The translations under genes and the position numbers were made by a program. A stretch of DNA of 45,382 bases from the NCBI RefSeq assembly GCF_032552055.1, contig NZ_JAWGSV010000001.1, positions 1 through 45,382 of the forward strand. The letters are read 5' to 3'. Origin of the DNA: Clostridium sp. Lineage in GTDB: Bacteria; Bacillota; Clostridia; Clostridiales; Clostridiaceae. Below, piece by piece: positions 32,020 to 42,692 of this stretch; position 1 is the stretch's first letter, and each line of letters begins with the position of its first letter. The notes under the pieces are model-generated. The model did not search any database. It saw only the letters and a program-made list of their open reading frames with translations, and was not told where the DNA came from.

Positions 32020-33038
32020 TATTGACCTCTTTGAGTTCTACTTAGTTCATCAAAATTATCTAATGCTTTTCCTGCTCCTAAAACAACACAATCAAGTGGT
32101 GATTCTGCAATATGAACAGGCATATTTGTTTCATAGTTAATTAGTGAATCTAATCCTCTAAGTAAAGCTCCGCCACCAGCTAACATTATTCCTTTTTCCA
32201 TTATGTCTGCTGCTAATTCAGGTGGTGTCTTCTCTAAAGTTGTCTTAATTGATTCTATGATAGCATAAACAGGTTCCTTTAATGCTTCTCTAATTTGATC
32301 TTCAGAAACTTTAACGGTCTTTGGAAGGCCAGTTATCATATCTCTTCCCTTTATGTCCATTTCTCTTACTTCATCATCTACTTTATAAGCTGAACCTAAT
32401 TCCATTTTTACTTGTTCTGCTGTTCTTTCACCTATCATTAAGTTAAATTCTTTCTTTATATAAGCGATAATTGCTTGGTCTAATTCGTCCCCAGCAACTC
32501 TTAATGATTTGCTTGTAACTATTCCTCCTAAAGAAATTATAGCTACTTCTGTAGTTCCTCCACCGATATCAACTATCATGCTACCAGTAGGCTCTCCTAC
32601 AGGAAGTCCAGCTCCAATAGCTGCAGCCATTGGCTCTTCCATTAAAACTACATCTCTAGCTCCAGCAAACTTTGCTGCTTCTTCTATTGCTCTTCTTTCA
32701 ACTTCTGTTACACCTGATGGATAACATACTATTATTCTTGGGCTAGTAAAAGCACTTTTGCTAGCAACCTTTTCTATTAATTTCTTAAGCATTGTTTGAG
32801 CTATATCAAAATCTGCTATAACTCCATCTTTTAAAGGTCTAATAGCAACTATATTTCCTGGAGTTCTTCCTATCATTAATTTAGCTTCAGCACCTACTGC
32901 TAAAGGTTTTCTAGTTGTACTATTTATTGCTACAACTGAAGGTTCGCTTAAAACTACACCTTTACCTTTTACAAAAACAAGCGTATTTGCTGTTCCTAAA
33001 TCTATTCCCATATCCTTATTACTACTGAAAAATCCCAT
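32019..33038 (-). CDS. mreB: Actin-like MreB
   Basis: [33 protein letters not shown]. Confidence 0.98.
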   Translation of the reverse strand: MGFFSSNKDMGIDLGTANTLVFVKGKGVVLSEPSVVAINSTTRKPLAVGAEAKLMIGRTPGNIVAIRPLKDGVIADFDIAQTMLKKLIEKVASKSAFTSPRIIVCYPSGVTEVERRAIEEAAKFAGARDVVLMEEPMAAAIGAGLPVGEPTGSMIVDIGGGTTEVAIISLGGIVTSKSLRVAGDELDQAIIAYIKKEFNLMIGERTAEQVKMELGSAYKVDDEVREMDIKGRDMITGLPKTVKVSEDQIREALKEPVYAIIESIKTTLEKTPPELAADIMEKGIMLAGGGALLRGLDSLINYETNMPVHIAESPLDCVVLGAGKALDNFDELSRTQRGQ

Positions 33039-33055
33039 TTGAATTCCCCTTTCGT

Positions 33056-33742
33056 TTATATTATTCCTTTTTCTTTCAAACTTACATACTGATTTTTTCC
33101 AATTATTAAATGATCTAATAGATCAATTCCTATTATCTTACCACATTCTTTTAATCTGATCGTTATATCAATATCCTCCTTGCTTGGAGTTGGATCCCCT
33201 GAAGGATGATTGTGACAAACTATTATACTAGAACTACTTCTTTTAAGAGCTTCTTTAAAAATCTCCCTTGGATGAACTATTGAAGTATTTAAACTTCCAA
33301 CAAAGACATCCTTTAGTCCTATTATGTTATTCTTAGTGTCTAGCATTACTAATCTTAAAACCTCTTGCTTTAAAAACACCATATCCTTCATTAAAATTTT
33401 TGCTATATCATTTGGAGAAGAAATTTTATCTCTTTCCTTAAGTAAAACGGATTTACTTATTCTCCTAACTAATTCTCCTACAGCTAAAATTTGACTAGCC
33501 TTTTTATTTTTAATACCTTTTATCTTAGTTATTTCTTCAATACCAGCATCCAATAAACCTTCTAGTCCATCTAATTCAGATATTATTCTATTGCTTAAAG
33601 TGATTATATTTTCCTCTTTAGTCCCTGTTCTTAAAATAATTGCAAGAAGTTCTGCATTATTTAAAGATTCAGGTCCACTTATTAAGAGCTTTTCTACAGG
33701 TCTTTCCTCTTCTGGCATATCTATAACTTTAACATTACTCAT
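33056..33742 (-). CDS. radC: RadC/JAB-domain protein
   Basis: [33 protein letters not shown] 33742 after GAGGTG. Confidence 0.95.
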   Translation of the reverse strand: MSNVKVIDMPEEERPVEKLLISGPESLNNAELLAIILRTGTKEENIITLSNRIISELDGLEGLLDAGIEEITKIKGIKNKKASQILAVGELVRRISKSVLLKERDKISSPNDIAKILMKDMVFLKQEVLRLVMLDTKNNIIGLKDVFVGSLNTSIVHPREIFKEALKRSSSSIIVCHNHPSGDPTPSKEDIDITIRLKECGKIIGIDLLDHLIIGKNQYVSLKEKGII

Positions 33743-33787
33743 TTTACACCTCAAAATTGTAATTTATTATAAATATTGCCAAATTGC

Positions 33788-34366
33788 CTATTCCTTAATC
33801 TTTTTAAGCATTTTATTTAAAAGGTTTAATGGTAATCCCACTACATTATAGTAGCATCCATTTATCCCTTCAACAAACACTCCTCCGAATCCTTGAATTC
33901 CATAAGCTCCAGCTTTATCTAGTGGCTCTCTAGTTTTTATGTAATCTCTTATTTCCTTATCTGATAAATTAGAAATTCTAACTTCAGTATAAAGAGAAGC
34001 TTCCTCTACCTTATTATTGTACATATTTATAAGTACTATACCTGAATATACTCTATGAGTTTTACCACTTATACTTTTTAATATATTATAGGCATCTTCT
34101 TCATTTTTAGGTTTTCCTAAAATCTTATCTTCTAGTACAACTATTGTATCTCCTGCAATTATTATTGCATCTTCTTGAAGACATTCTTTAGTACTTAAAG
34201 CTTTTCCTTTAGCTAAATTTATTACATATTCTTCAACATTTCCATTAAAAACAACAGAGTCCTCATCAAAATTACTTACTAATATTTCAAAGTCATCTAC
34301 TATCCTATGTAATAATTCTTGTCTTCTTAAAGATCCAGAAGCTAATACATATTTCAAACTTATCAC
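33788..34366 (-). CDS. maf: Maf nucleotide pyrophosphatase
   Basis: LASGSLRR, DTIV, ILGKP, DKAGAYGIQG, NVVGLP; start may be TTG 34357. Confidence 0.94.
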   Translation of the reverse strand: MISLKYVLASGSLRRQELLHRIVDDFEILVSNFDEDSVVFNGNVEEYVINLAKGKALSTKECLQEDAIIIAGDTIVVLEDKILGKPKNEEDAYNILKSISGKTHRVYSGIVLINMYNNKVEEASLYTEVRISNLSDKEIRDYIKTREPLDKAGAYGIQGFGGVFVEGINGCYYNVVGLPLNLLNKMLKKIKE

Positions 34367-34563
34367 TTCCTAATTTGTGCATATTTTTAGTCTCTACAAA
34401 AGGTTTAACTAAAACACAAAAATAAAGACAAAGATATTTGTCCTTACCTTATATCTAATATAGTTTATCATTATATAAGCTTTGAAACAAGTAGCTTTGC
34501 CCCTCTTTATTCAATTTTTATTTAATTGTAATAGTTTTGTTATTTTTTTCTAAAATACCACTT

Positions 34564-35265
34564 TTATACTTTTATTTTACTTAGTACTGAATAAATATAC
34601 TCAAGTTCAGCCGCTATATTTTCCTTGCTAATATTCTCATTTAATGTCTCTATATGTTCCTTATATTCCTTCAATATTTCTATTTTTTCCCCTTCAGATA
34701 ACTCTGGAAGTTCTTTTGACCAGGCTTTAAAGTCATTAGTATTAACGTCCTTAACATCATCCTTTTTAGCAGTATTAAGTATTTCTAAATATCCTTCTGT
34801 AATTGCAAGTATTTGTCCTTCAACCTCATTATTTTTATCTAATGGTAAATTTACTTTGATTGCCTCAACACCGTTTCCTTTTAATCCTTCAACAACCTCA
34901 CTACTATCTGATTCTTTTGCTATTCCTGCGATCACTCTATACTTTCCATCTGAATCTTTTGCAATAAAAGAATCATAACTTGAAGGAATCTTTCCTAAAA
35001 CTTGTTTTGCATTTTCTTCCTTAGAGAAGTATCCACATTGAATTAAGGAGTAATTTTCAATTTCTTTTTCATTGTTACTTGCATCTTCTTCTATAGGTAT
35101 ATTAGCATCTGTAGCTTTTAATTTATTTAAGTCAGGAATAATTTTAAGTAAAAGCCAAGCTGCTATTAAACCTATAGCAACAGCTGATAGAGTAGTTATC
35201 ATTAAAGAAGTAAAAAGTTTTGCCCCATGATTCTTCCTTTTGTAATTATACTTTGTGTACTTCAT
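34564..35265 (-). CDS. Membrane-anchored SPOR-domain-like protein
   Basis: N-terminal TM, LIQCGYFSKEENA SPOR-like motif; upstream of maf. Confidence 0.7.
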   Translation of the reverse strand: MKYTKYNYKRKNHGAKLFTSLMITTLSAVAIGLIAAWLLLKIIPDLNKLKATDANIPIEEDASNNEKEIENYSLIQCGYFSKEENAKQVLGKIPSSYDSFIAKDSDGKYRVIAGIAKESDSSEVVEGLKGNGVEAIKVNLPLDKNNEVEGQILAITEGYLEILNTAKKDDVKDVNTNDFKAWSKELPELSEGEKIEILKEYKEHIETLNENISKENIAAELEYIYSVLSKIKV

Positions 35266-35361
35266 TTTACCATCCCCCTCTTTCTATACTTATATATATT
35301 CCTAGTGCTCTTATTATATTCATTATGTAAAACAAAAAAATTAAAAGTTAAAGTAAAAAGA

Positions 35362-35492
35362 AGGTGCTATCGCACAATGAAAAATTAATGACAAACCTCC
35401 TAATGTAGTTTTCAAAAAAATATTGATGTAACTATTTTCTAATTACATCAATATTTATTCATTTTCATTATCTTTATTTGTGAAACATCACC
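35362..35492. mobile_element. MITE-like element family A
   Basis: GGTGCTATCGCACAA ... TTGTGAAACATCACC with internal hairpin AAATATTGATGTAA/TTACATCAATATTT. Confidence 0.55.
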
Positions 35493-35598
35493 ATCCTATA
35501 TCTAATCACCTTAATTATTCTTTTAATACTTTTAATAAATAATTCCAAACATTCTCAACTGATGTTATTCTTATTAATATTTACTTTAATCTTTAGAA

Positions 35599-36282
35599 TT
35601 ATATTTCCTCTATACTGCAAACCCCCTCTGATTTACTCAGCAATTCTATAACATCCACATATTGAGTTTTTTCAAGTAATTTCAATGTAAATACTCCGCC
35701 TACTATCGTTTCAGTTAACTCATTAGATTTTATTAATTCTAACTCAACTACTTTCATATTATGATGTTTTACATACTGTAAAAAAGCACTTAAGTTCTTT
35801 ATACTAGCAAACTCTATATATACAGTAACCTCTTTAGTCAATAATGTAATTCTATTATCAACTCCATGCAATAATGCCATAGCTATATAAATCATGACAC
35901 ATCCTATTATAGCTCCTGAATAAAAACCAACACCTATAGTAAGTCCTATACATGCTGATGCCCATAGCCCTGCTGCTGTAGTTAATCCTGTAACTTTATT
36001 TCTACCAGTTACAATAATTGTACCTGCTCCTAAAAAACCAATCCCACTTATTACCTGAGCCCCCATTCTAGAAGGATCTCCAGTAGAATATATATCAGCT
36101 ATATATTGATTAGTAATCATAACCATAGCAGATGCAACACAAACTAACATATATGTCCTAAATCCTGCTGGTCTATTTTTCTTACCTCTTTCAATACCTA
36201 AAATTCCTCCACAAATTAAAGCTAATAATAGCCTAAAAAATGTTGATATCATATTTATTTCATATAACTTTTCCATAAGCAC
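35599..36282 (-). CDS. MgtC/SapB family membrane protein
   Basis: GIERG, AGFRTY, RMGAQVISGIGFLGAG, GLTTAAGLW; ACT-like C-terminus. Confidence 0.92.
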   Translation of the reverse strand: MLMEKLYEINMISTFFRLLLALICGGILGIERGKKNRPAGFRTYMLVCVASAMVMITNQYIADIYSTGDPSRMGAQVISGIGFLGAGTIIVTGRNKVTGLTTAAGLWASACIGLTIGVGFYSGAIIGCVMIYIAMALLHGVDNRITLLTKEVTVYIEFASIKNLSAFLQYVKHHNMKVVELELIKSNELTETIVGGVFTLKLLEKTQYVDVIELLSKSEGVCSIEEI

Positions 36283-36440
36283 CCACTTCCTTAATAATTG
36301 AATAAAATTCCAAATCGATATTATCTCATCAATCTGGAATATTAAATTAATTATATTATTTATTATAATATTGTCCCTATATTCTTTTAAAAGACTTAGC
36401 CAATCTGTTTGGATGATATCAATTTTCTTAACCCCTTTTA

Positions 36441-36490
36441 AAAAAGACTTTGAAAAAATATTAAATTGATATTTTCACAAAGTCTTCTTT
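36441..36490 (-). terminator. pepD terminator
   Basis: AAGACTTTG...CAAAGTCTT stem preceded by an A tract. Confidence 0.65.
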
Positions 36491-36510
36491 TATTTAGCAA
36501 TCTTATTAAA

Positions 36511-37962
36511 TTATTTTAATTCTTTTAATACTTCTAATAAGTACTCCCAAACATTCTTAACTGATGTTATACTCATATGCTCCTCTGGAGTATGAACATC
36601 ATAAAGATTAGGTCCAAAACTTATCATATCTAACTTTCCTAATCTTTCATTGAATAATCCACATTCAACTCCAGCATGAATAGCAACTATTTCAGCGTCT
36701 TTTCCGTACATTCTCTTATATACCTCTTGGCATATTCCTCTAACTTTTGACTCGCTATCGTATTGCCATTCTGGATATCCTGCTGTAGTTTCAAATTCTG
36801 CACCTAATAAATCTGCTATAGTCTTACTTCTAAGTACTATTTCATCTTTTAAAGATGCTACTGAACTTCTAATTGCACTATCATACTCTACAGTATCGCC
36901 ATTAGTAATTACTACTCCTAAATTAGTTGAGCTTTCAACTAACCCTGCTATTTCAACGCTATTAGTATTAATACTATTTGGTATTAAATAAAGTAAGTTT
37001 ACTGCTTTTTCAGTATCTACTCTTGTAAATACTTTTTCAACTTTTTCTGTATTTTCTAATATTGATACTTTAACTCCTGGATCTTGAGTTTTTAACTCAT
37101 TTAATAAAATTGGATTCCATGAATTAATTATTTCTTTAGCCTTTTCTAAATCAGCTGATTTTAATGCTATGACTGCATCAGCTTCTCTTGGAATAGCATT
37201 ATTTTTAGATCCACCATGAACCTCTGCTAGCTTATAATCTAATTCTAATAAAGATTTAAGAATTCTACCCATAATCTTATTAGAGTTTCCTCTTTCCTTA
37301 TTAATTTCCATTCCAGAGTGACCACCTTTTAGTCCTCTTACAGCAATATGTAAGAAATTGTTGTATTCATTAACTTCTTCTAAGTTTACCTTTAATAAAT
37401 GCTTACTTCTTACTCCACCAGCACAGCTTACTAATAAATGTCCTTCTTCTTCATTGTCTATATTTAAAAGAATCTTACCAGTAATATCATCTTTAGAAAC
37501 AGCCATTGCTCCTGACATACCAGTTTCTTCATCTGTAGTAATTAAAACTTCTAAAGGTGGATGAGGAATATCTGTAGAATCTAATACTGCTAATGAATAA
37601 GCAACTGCAATTCCATTGTCAGCTCCTAAAGTAGTATCTGTAGCATAAACCATATCATCTACTATTCTCAATTTTAATGGATCTTTTTCAAAGTCATGGT
37701 CAGTTCCTTTATTTTTTTCACAAACCATATCCATATGTCCTTGAAGAATTACTGTAGGTGAATTTTCATATCCCTTAGTTCCTGGCTTTTTTATAATTAC
37801 ATTTAATGCTTTGTCTTGAATTACTTCTAAATTTAACTTCTTAGCAACACCTACTAAGTAATCACTTATAGCTTTCTCATTTCCTGATCCTCTTGGTATT
37901 TGAGAAATTTCTTCGAAATATTGAAAAACCTTTTTAGGTTCTAAATTTTGTAAAACATTCAT
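36511..37962 (-). CDS. pepD: Aminoacyl-histidine dipeptidase (M20C)
   Basis: QGHMDMV, TTLGADNG, DEETG, GGHSG, HAGVECG, HTPEE. Confidence 0.95.
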   Translation of the reverse strand: MNVLQNLEPKKVFQYFEEISQIPRGSGNEKAISDYLVGVAKKLNLEVIQDKALNVIIKKPGTKGYENSPTVILQGHMDMVCEKNKGTDHDFEKDPLKLRIVDDMVYATDTTLGADNGIAVAYSLAVLDSTDIPHPPLEVLITTDEETGMSGAMAVSKDDITGKILLNIDNEEEGHLLVSCAGGVRSKHLLKVNLEEVNEYNNFLHIAVRGLKGGHSGMEINKERGNSNKIMGRILKSLLELDYKLAEVHGGSKNNAIPREADAVIALKSADLEKAKEIINSWNPILLNELKTQDPGVKVSILENTEKVEKVFTRVDTEKAVNLLYLIPNSINTNSVEIAGLVESSTNLGVVITNGDTVEYDSAIRSSVASLKDEIVLRSKTIADLLGAEFETTAGYPEWQYDSESKVRGICQEVYKRMYGKDAEIVAIHAGVECGLFNERLGKLDMISFGPNLYDVHTPEEHMSITSVKNVWEYLLEVLKELK

Positions 37963-38103
37963 AATACTATCTCCTTTGCTTCCTAATATATGTTAGAATT
38001 ATATTATAAAATAAGTATATCATAGTATATATGATACTTAAATTTTATTTTTTTATTATACTTATTCAGAAAATTCCTAATTTTTAATAATTGAGGTGGT
38101 ATT

Positions 38104-39522
38104 ATGCAAAAAACAAAAATGATCTTTACTATCGGTCCTGCTAGTGATAATGAGGAAGTTATCAGAAAATTTATCAAAATAGGCATGAGTGCAGCCAGAT
38201 TAAATTTTTCTCATGGTACTCACGAAACTCATAAAGAAAAAATAGATTTAATAAAAAAAGTAAGAGAAGATTTAAACTCTCCTACTGCAATAATATTAGA
38301 TATTAAGGGTCCTAAAATTAGAACTCATAACTTTGTTAATGATGGAGTTGAACTTGTAGAAAGCCAAGAATTTTCCTTCTTATGTGAGGATGAAATCCTT
38401 GGTGATACAGAAAAATGTACAGTATCATATAAAGATCTATATAAAGACGTAAAGCCTTCTGGAGAAATCTTAGTAGACGATGGGCTTTTAAGATTTAAAA
38501 TTAAAGAAGTTAATGGAACTGAAATTAAATGTGTAGTTACTGTAGGTGGATTAATTAAAAATCATAAGGGTGTTAATGTTCCTAATGTTAGAATTAACCT
38601 TCCCTCAATAACTGAAAAGGATAAAGAAGACTTAATCTTCGGCTGTGAAAATAAAATAGATTTTGTAGCTGCTTCTTTTATAAGAAAAGCTTCTGATATC
38701 CAAGATGTAAAAGATGTTTTAAAGACTCATGGTGGAGATTATGTTCAAATTATAGCTAAAATAGAAAATCAAGAAGGCGTAGATAATATAGATGAAATAA
38801 TTGAGGTATCTGACGGAATAATGGTTGCTAGAGGTGATATGGGAGTTGAAATTCCTATAGAAAAAGTTCCAATAATCCAAAAGAAAATTATTAGAAAATG
38901 TAATGAAGCCGGTAAGATAGTAATAACAGCTACTCAAATGCTTGATTCTATGATAAGAAATTCTCTTCCAACTAGAGCAGAAGCTTGTGATATATGTAAT
39001 GCTATCTTCGATGGAACTGATGCAATTATGTTAAGTGGAGAAAGTGCTAGTGGCAACTATCCAATAGAAGCTGCTGAAACTATGTCAAGAATAGCAATAG
39101 AAACTGAAGAAAACCTTGATTATAATTATTTAAATAGAAGGCTTAAAGAACCTTCACTTACTTCCTTCTCAGAAACTATTAGTTACTCTGCTTGCAGAAG
39201 CTCAAATCTTCTAAATACAAAGGCAATAGTAGCAGCAACTAGTAGTGGCGCAACTGCAAAACTTATTTCAAAATATAGACCTAAGTGTCCAATAATTGCA
39301 ATTACCCCTCATGAAGAAGTAAGGAGAGGATTAAATTTAAACTTTGGAATATTCCCACTTAAGTGTGAGATGTTCAATACAACTGATGAAATATTAGTTG
39401 AAGCTAAGAAAGTCGCAACTAAATTGTCCTTTGCAGAAAATGGAGATGATATAATAGTTGCAGCAGGTATGCCAAATGCAGTAACTGGTGGAACTAATAT
39501 GTTAAAAATAGAGAAATTATAA
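38104..39522 (+). CDS. pyk: Pyruvate kinase
   Basis: RLNFSHG, KIEN, MVARGDMG, ATQMLDSM, MLSGESA. Confidence 0.97.
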   Translation: MQKTKMIFTIGPASDNEEVIRKFIKIGMSAARLNFSHGTHETHKEKIDLIKKVREDLNSPTAIILDIKGPKIRTHNFVNDGVELVESQEFSFLCEDEILGDTEKCTVSYKDLYKDVKPSGEILVDDGLLRFKIKEVNGTEIKCVVTVGGLIKNHKGVNVPNVRINLPSITEKDKEDLIFGCENKIDFVAASFIRKASDIQDVKDVLKTHGGDYVQIIAKIENQEGVDNIDEIIEVSDGIMVARGDMGVEIPIEKVPIIQKKIIRKCNEAGKIVITATQMLDSMIRNSLPTRAEACDICNAIFDGTDAIMLSGESASGNYPIEAAETMSRIAIETEENLDYNYLNRRLKEPSLTSFSETISYSACRSSNLLNTKAIVAATSSGATAKLISKYRPKCPIIAITPHEEVRRGLNLNFGIFPLKCEMFNTTDEILVEAKKVATKLSFAENGDDIIVAAGMPNAVTGGTNMLKIEKL

Positions 39523-39565
39523 AATTCTAAGCATTTTATAATGAAAAAATGAAAGAGTGAAGAAA

Positions 39566-39640
39566 GTGCTATCGCACAATGAAAAAATTAATTTTAAATA
39601 ATTATTTTAAATTTAAAATTAATCTCTCATGCGATAGCAT
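39566..39640. mobile_element. Short MITE-like element family A
   Basis: GTGCTATCGCACAATGAAAAA (shared with 35364) ... TGCGATAGCA; internal AT palindrome. Confidence 0.55.
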
Positions 39641-39652
39641 AATCTATATAAT

Positions 39653-39683
39653 TTAAGAGGTTTTGCATAGCAAAACCTCTTAA
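39653..39683. terminator. Hairpin between convergent pyk and rpsA, followed by a heptamer tract
   Basis: TTAAGAGGTTTTGC-ATA-GCAAAACCTCTTAA. Confidence 0.75.
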
Positions 39684-39724
39684 ACTCCTTCATTTTTTAA
39701 TTATTTCATTTCTTCATTATTTCA

Positions 39725-40870
39725 TTATTTAAAGAAGTCTTTAAATAAGTCTCCTAAAGAAACTCCATCATCAATATCATTGTATTTTAAGTATTCTTTA
39801 GATTTTTCTTCTGCATCTTTTATAGTTAAAGAAACCCTCTTATTTGTTTTATCAACATCTAAAACCTTAACCTTTACTTTTTGTCCTAAAGTTAATACAT
39901 CAGAAGGCTTAGCTATATTCTCTTCAGTAATTTCATTTATATGAACTAATCCTTCAACTCCTGGATATAATTCAACAAAAGCACCGAAGTTTAAAAATTT
40001 AACTACTTTTCCTTCAATAACAGTTCCTATTTCTAATTTTCCTTCATTCATAGTCCAAGGATCTTCATTTATATCTTTTAAGATTAGTGATACTCTTTCA
40101 TTTTTAGTATCTACTTCTCCTACAAATACTTCTACTTTATCGCCTTCTTTAACTACATCTTCAGCTTTATTTACTCTTCCCCAAGATAAATCACTTAAAT
40201 GAATAAGTCCTGTTATTCCTCCAATATCAACAATTGCACCTGCTTTAATAAGCTTCTTAACAACTCCTGATCTCTTTTCTCCTGATTTTATTGATTTCCA
40301 TAATTCTTTTTTATTACTTTCAAAAATAGCATCTTCTAAAATTCTTCTTGATGCAACTACTTTTCTTGCTTTAAAGTCTAATTCTATTATTTTAACTTCT
40401 AATTCTTTTCCTATTAGATCAGATAAGATAATTCTTTCTCTAGATGCTAAGGATGCTGGAATAAATACTCTTGTACTTCCATAATAAGCTACTAATCCAC
40501 CCTTTACTTCTTCTCTTACATAGACCCTTATAACTTCATCATTATTAAAAGCCTTCTTTATATCTTCTCTTTCAGTAATCTCTAAAGCTTTAACTCTTGA
40601 TAACTGAACATATCCTTCTCCATCATTAGGTGATAAAACATATACTTTAAGCTTATCTCCTTTCTGTACTACCTCTCTTGGATCCTTATCTATGTTTGTT
40701 AATTCAGCTTTTTCTATAACACCATCAAAGGCATAATTAATATTTACTGTAACTTCCTTATCGTTAACATCAATAACTTCTCCATCAAGAATGTCTCCAG
40801 ATTTAATTCTTTTAACATCAAAGTCCTGTAATAAAGCCCCCATGCTTTCTTCTATATTTTGATTTGTCAT
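39725..40870 (-). CDS. rpsA: 30S ribosomal protein S1-like (four S1 domains)
   Basis: Repeated S1 motifs (GLIHLSDLSW, FGAFVEL, GLVHINEI), C-terminal SLGDLF. Confidence 0.85.
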   Translation of the reverse strand: MTNQNIEESMGALLQDFDVKRIKSGDILDGEVIDVNDKEVTVNINYAFDGVIEKAELTNIDKDPREVVQKGDKLKVYVLSPNDGEGYVQLSRVKALEITEREDIKKAFNNDEVIRVYVREEVKGGLVAYYGSTRVFIPASLASRERIILSDLIGKELEVKIIELDFKARKVVASRRILEDAIFESNKKELWKSIKSGEKRSGVVKKLIKAGAIVDIGGITGLIHLSDLSWGRVNKAEDVVKEGDKVEVFVGEVDTKNERVSLILKDINEDPWTMNEGKLEIGTVIEGKVVKFLNFGAFVELYPGVEGLVHINEITEENIAKPSDVLTLGQKVKVKVLDVDKTNKRVSLTIKDAEEKSKEYLKYNDIDDGVSLGDLFKDFFK

Positions 40871-41287
40871 ATTTATTCACTCCTTCAAAACTAGTGTAAT
40901 AAATTAATTTTAGATTATTCTGATATTGATTACAAGTGATATATGTAATAAATTGTGTAGGAGCCTTAGAACTTCTTTTTTCAGCCGTTTGTCTTATGGA
41001 GCATATTATATTTATATTTGTGGTTATATTGGCAATTTAAAACTACTATTCATCTATTTTTTTATTAATTATGATATAATAATTAATAAAGAACTTTAAT
41101 CCGAATTAAAAGTTATTTATTAACTCTTAACAAGGTAGTATTAACTATTAAATAAGAGATAATTAACGATTTGCTTAGATTGATTTATCTATTTAGGTAA
41201 ATATTACTTATTTGTTTATAATTTAGGCTTAAATGAAGTTTGTAAATTATATATTTTCTATATAAAATAATATCATAATCTTTTTTC

Positions 41288-42010
41288 TTGGGGGTGAGCT
41301 TTATAAAAAGAAACAATCATAAAAAAATAATATTTACTTTATTTTTAACCTTTATCTTTTTAACTTCTAGTTTCCTTATAGATACTATTCCTATTTTTGA
41401 TAGCATTACTCAAGGTGAAACAGTAGTACTGGCAAAATCAAAAGGATCTAGTAGTTTCAAAAGTTCAGGAGGATTTAAAAGCTCTAGTAGTAAGACTTCT
41501 AGTAGTACTTTTAAATCAAGTGGAGGAAAATCTAATGTAAGCAAGTCTACTAGTGGTTTTAAAAGTGGTTCTTTTAGTAGTGGTAGTTCTAATAAAAGTT
41601 CTAGTTCTTCTAGTGGTAATAAAAACTCTAGTTCTTCTTCCAGTAATGACAAGAGCTCTAATAGCTCATCTACATCTGGCAACTTCAAAAGTGGATCTTT
41701 TAGCTCAAGTACAGATAAAGGCAAATCTGGGGCCTCAAAAGGTTTTTCTTCAGGGTCTTACAGTTCAACAAATAATACAGATAAAACTCAAGACAAAGAT
41801 TATAATAACAACACTAGCTATGGTGATTATAATGATTCAGGTGGTTCCTTCTTTGGAGATATGATGTTTGGCCTTAATTCTTTAAGAATGTTTGCCTATG
41901 GTTCTAGTAGGGGGAGTGGTTTCTCTATAGGATCAATCATAATAATGGCAATCATCTTTATGATTATAATCAGAATAATAAGATTATATTTAAAAAATAG
42001 AAAATACTAA
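41288..42010 (+). CDS. Ser/Gly/Lys-rich low-complexity membrane protein
   Basis: N-terminal hydrophobic segment, FKSSG/FKSGSFSS repeats, C-terminal TM with basic tail; start uncertain. Confidence 0.8.
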   Translation: MGVSFIKRNNHKKIIFTLFLTFIFLTSSFLIDTIPIFDSITQGETVVLAKSKGSSSFKSSGGFKSSSSKTSSSTFKSSGGKSNVSKSTSGFKSGSFSSGSSNKSSSSSSGNKNSSSSSSNDKSSNSSSTSGNFKSGSFSSSTDKGKSGASKGFSSGSYSSTNNTDKTQDKDYNNNTSYGDYNDSGGSFFGDMMFGLNSLRMFAYGSSRGSGFSIGSIIIMAIIFMIIIRIIRLYLKNRKY

Positions 42011-42030
42011 TTAATTCTAGGAGGATGTAT

Positions 42031-42684
42031 ATGGGAATATTCACAAGAATGTCAAATATGTTAAAGTCAAAGGTTAACTCTACTTTAGATGAAATGGAAA
42101 ATCCAATTGAGTTACTAGATCAAAAAATAAGAGATATGGAATCACAGTTAAACACAGCTAAGCTTAACTCTGCACAAATTATTGGTAATGCTCATGAAAT
42201 AAAGAAAAAACTTGACGCAAGTGAAATTGAAGTTAAGGATTACGAAGACAAAATTAAACTTGCTCTATCTAAAAACAATGAAGATTTAGCAAAGAGAGCT
42301 TTAGCTAGAAAAATTGAATCTGAAAAGAAACGTGACTCATTAAAGACAAGTTATGATGCTGCTAGAACTCAAGCTGATGCTATCAAGAAAAACTTAGCTG
42401 CTTTAGAAGCTGAGTTAAATAAAACAAGAAATTACAGAGATGAAGCTGCTGCAAGATATAGTAATGCTGAAGCTAGCCAAAAAATCAATGAAGTTCTTGC
42501 TAATGTACAAACTAAATCTAACTCAATTCAAATTGATAGCATAGAAAGAAAGATCCAAAAGAAGGAATCTTTAGCTAATGGCCTAGGCGAACTTAGAGAA
42601 GTTGATACATTTGATAGTGAATTTGAAGCTTTAGATGCAGTTGACTTAGATTTAGAACTTGAAAAATATAAGAATAATAACTAG
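42031..42684 (+). CDS. pspA: PspA/IM30 family protein
   Basis: MGIFTRM amphipathic helix, ENPIELLDQKIRDM, EDLAKRAL, coiled coil; AGGAGG RBS. Confidence 0.93.
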   Translation: MGIFTRMSNMLKSKVNSTLDEMENPIELLDQKIRDMESQLNTAKLNSAQIIGNAHEIKKKLDASEIEVKDYEDKIKLALSKNNEDLAKRALARKIESEKKRDSLKTSYDAARTQADAIKKNLAALEAELNKTRNYRDEAAARYSNAEASQKINEVLANVQTKSNSIQIDSIERKIQKKESLANGLGELREVDTFDSEFEALDAVDLDLELEKYKNNN

Positions 42685-42692
42685 GTGCTTAT

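Noticed and set aside
33056..33742. radC as a mobile-element marker
   Set aside because: Full-length chromosomal copy in the canonical maf-radC-mreB context.
40871..41287. Riboswitch in the long rpsA/pspA-operon intergenic region
   Set aside because: Only weak AT-rich stems and a TGATATAAT extended -10 near 41072; no recognisable aptamer. An Rfam scan would settle it.
41410..41864. Leu-rich 41410-41724 (-) and Val/Leu-rich 41553-41864 (+) ORFs
   Set aside because: Alternative-frame by-products of the Ser-codon-rich tract.
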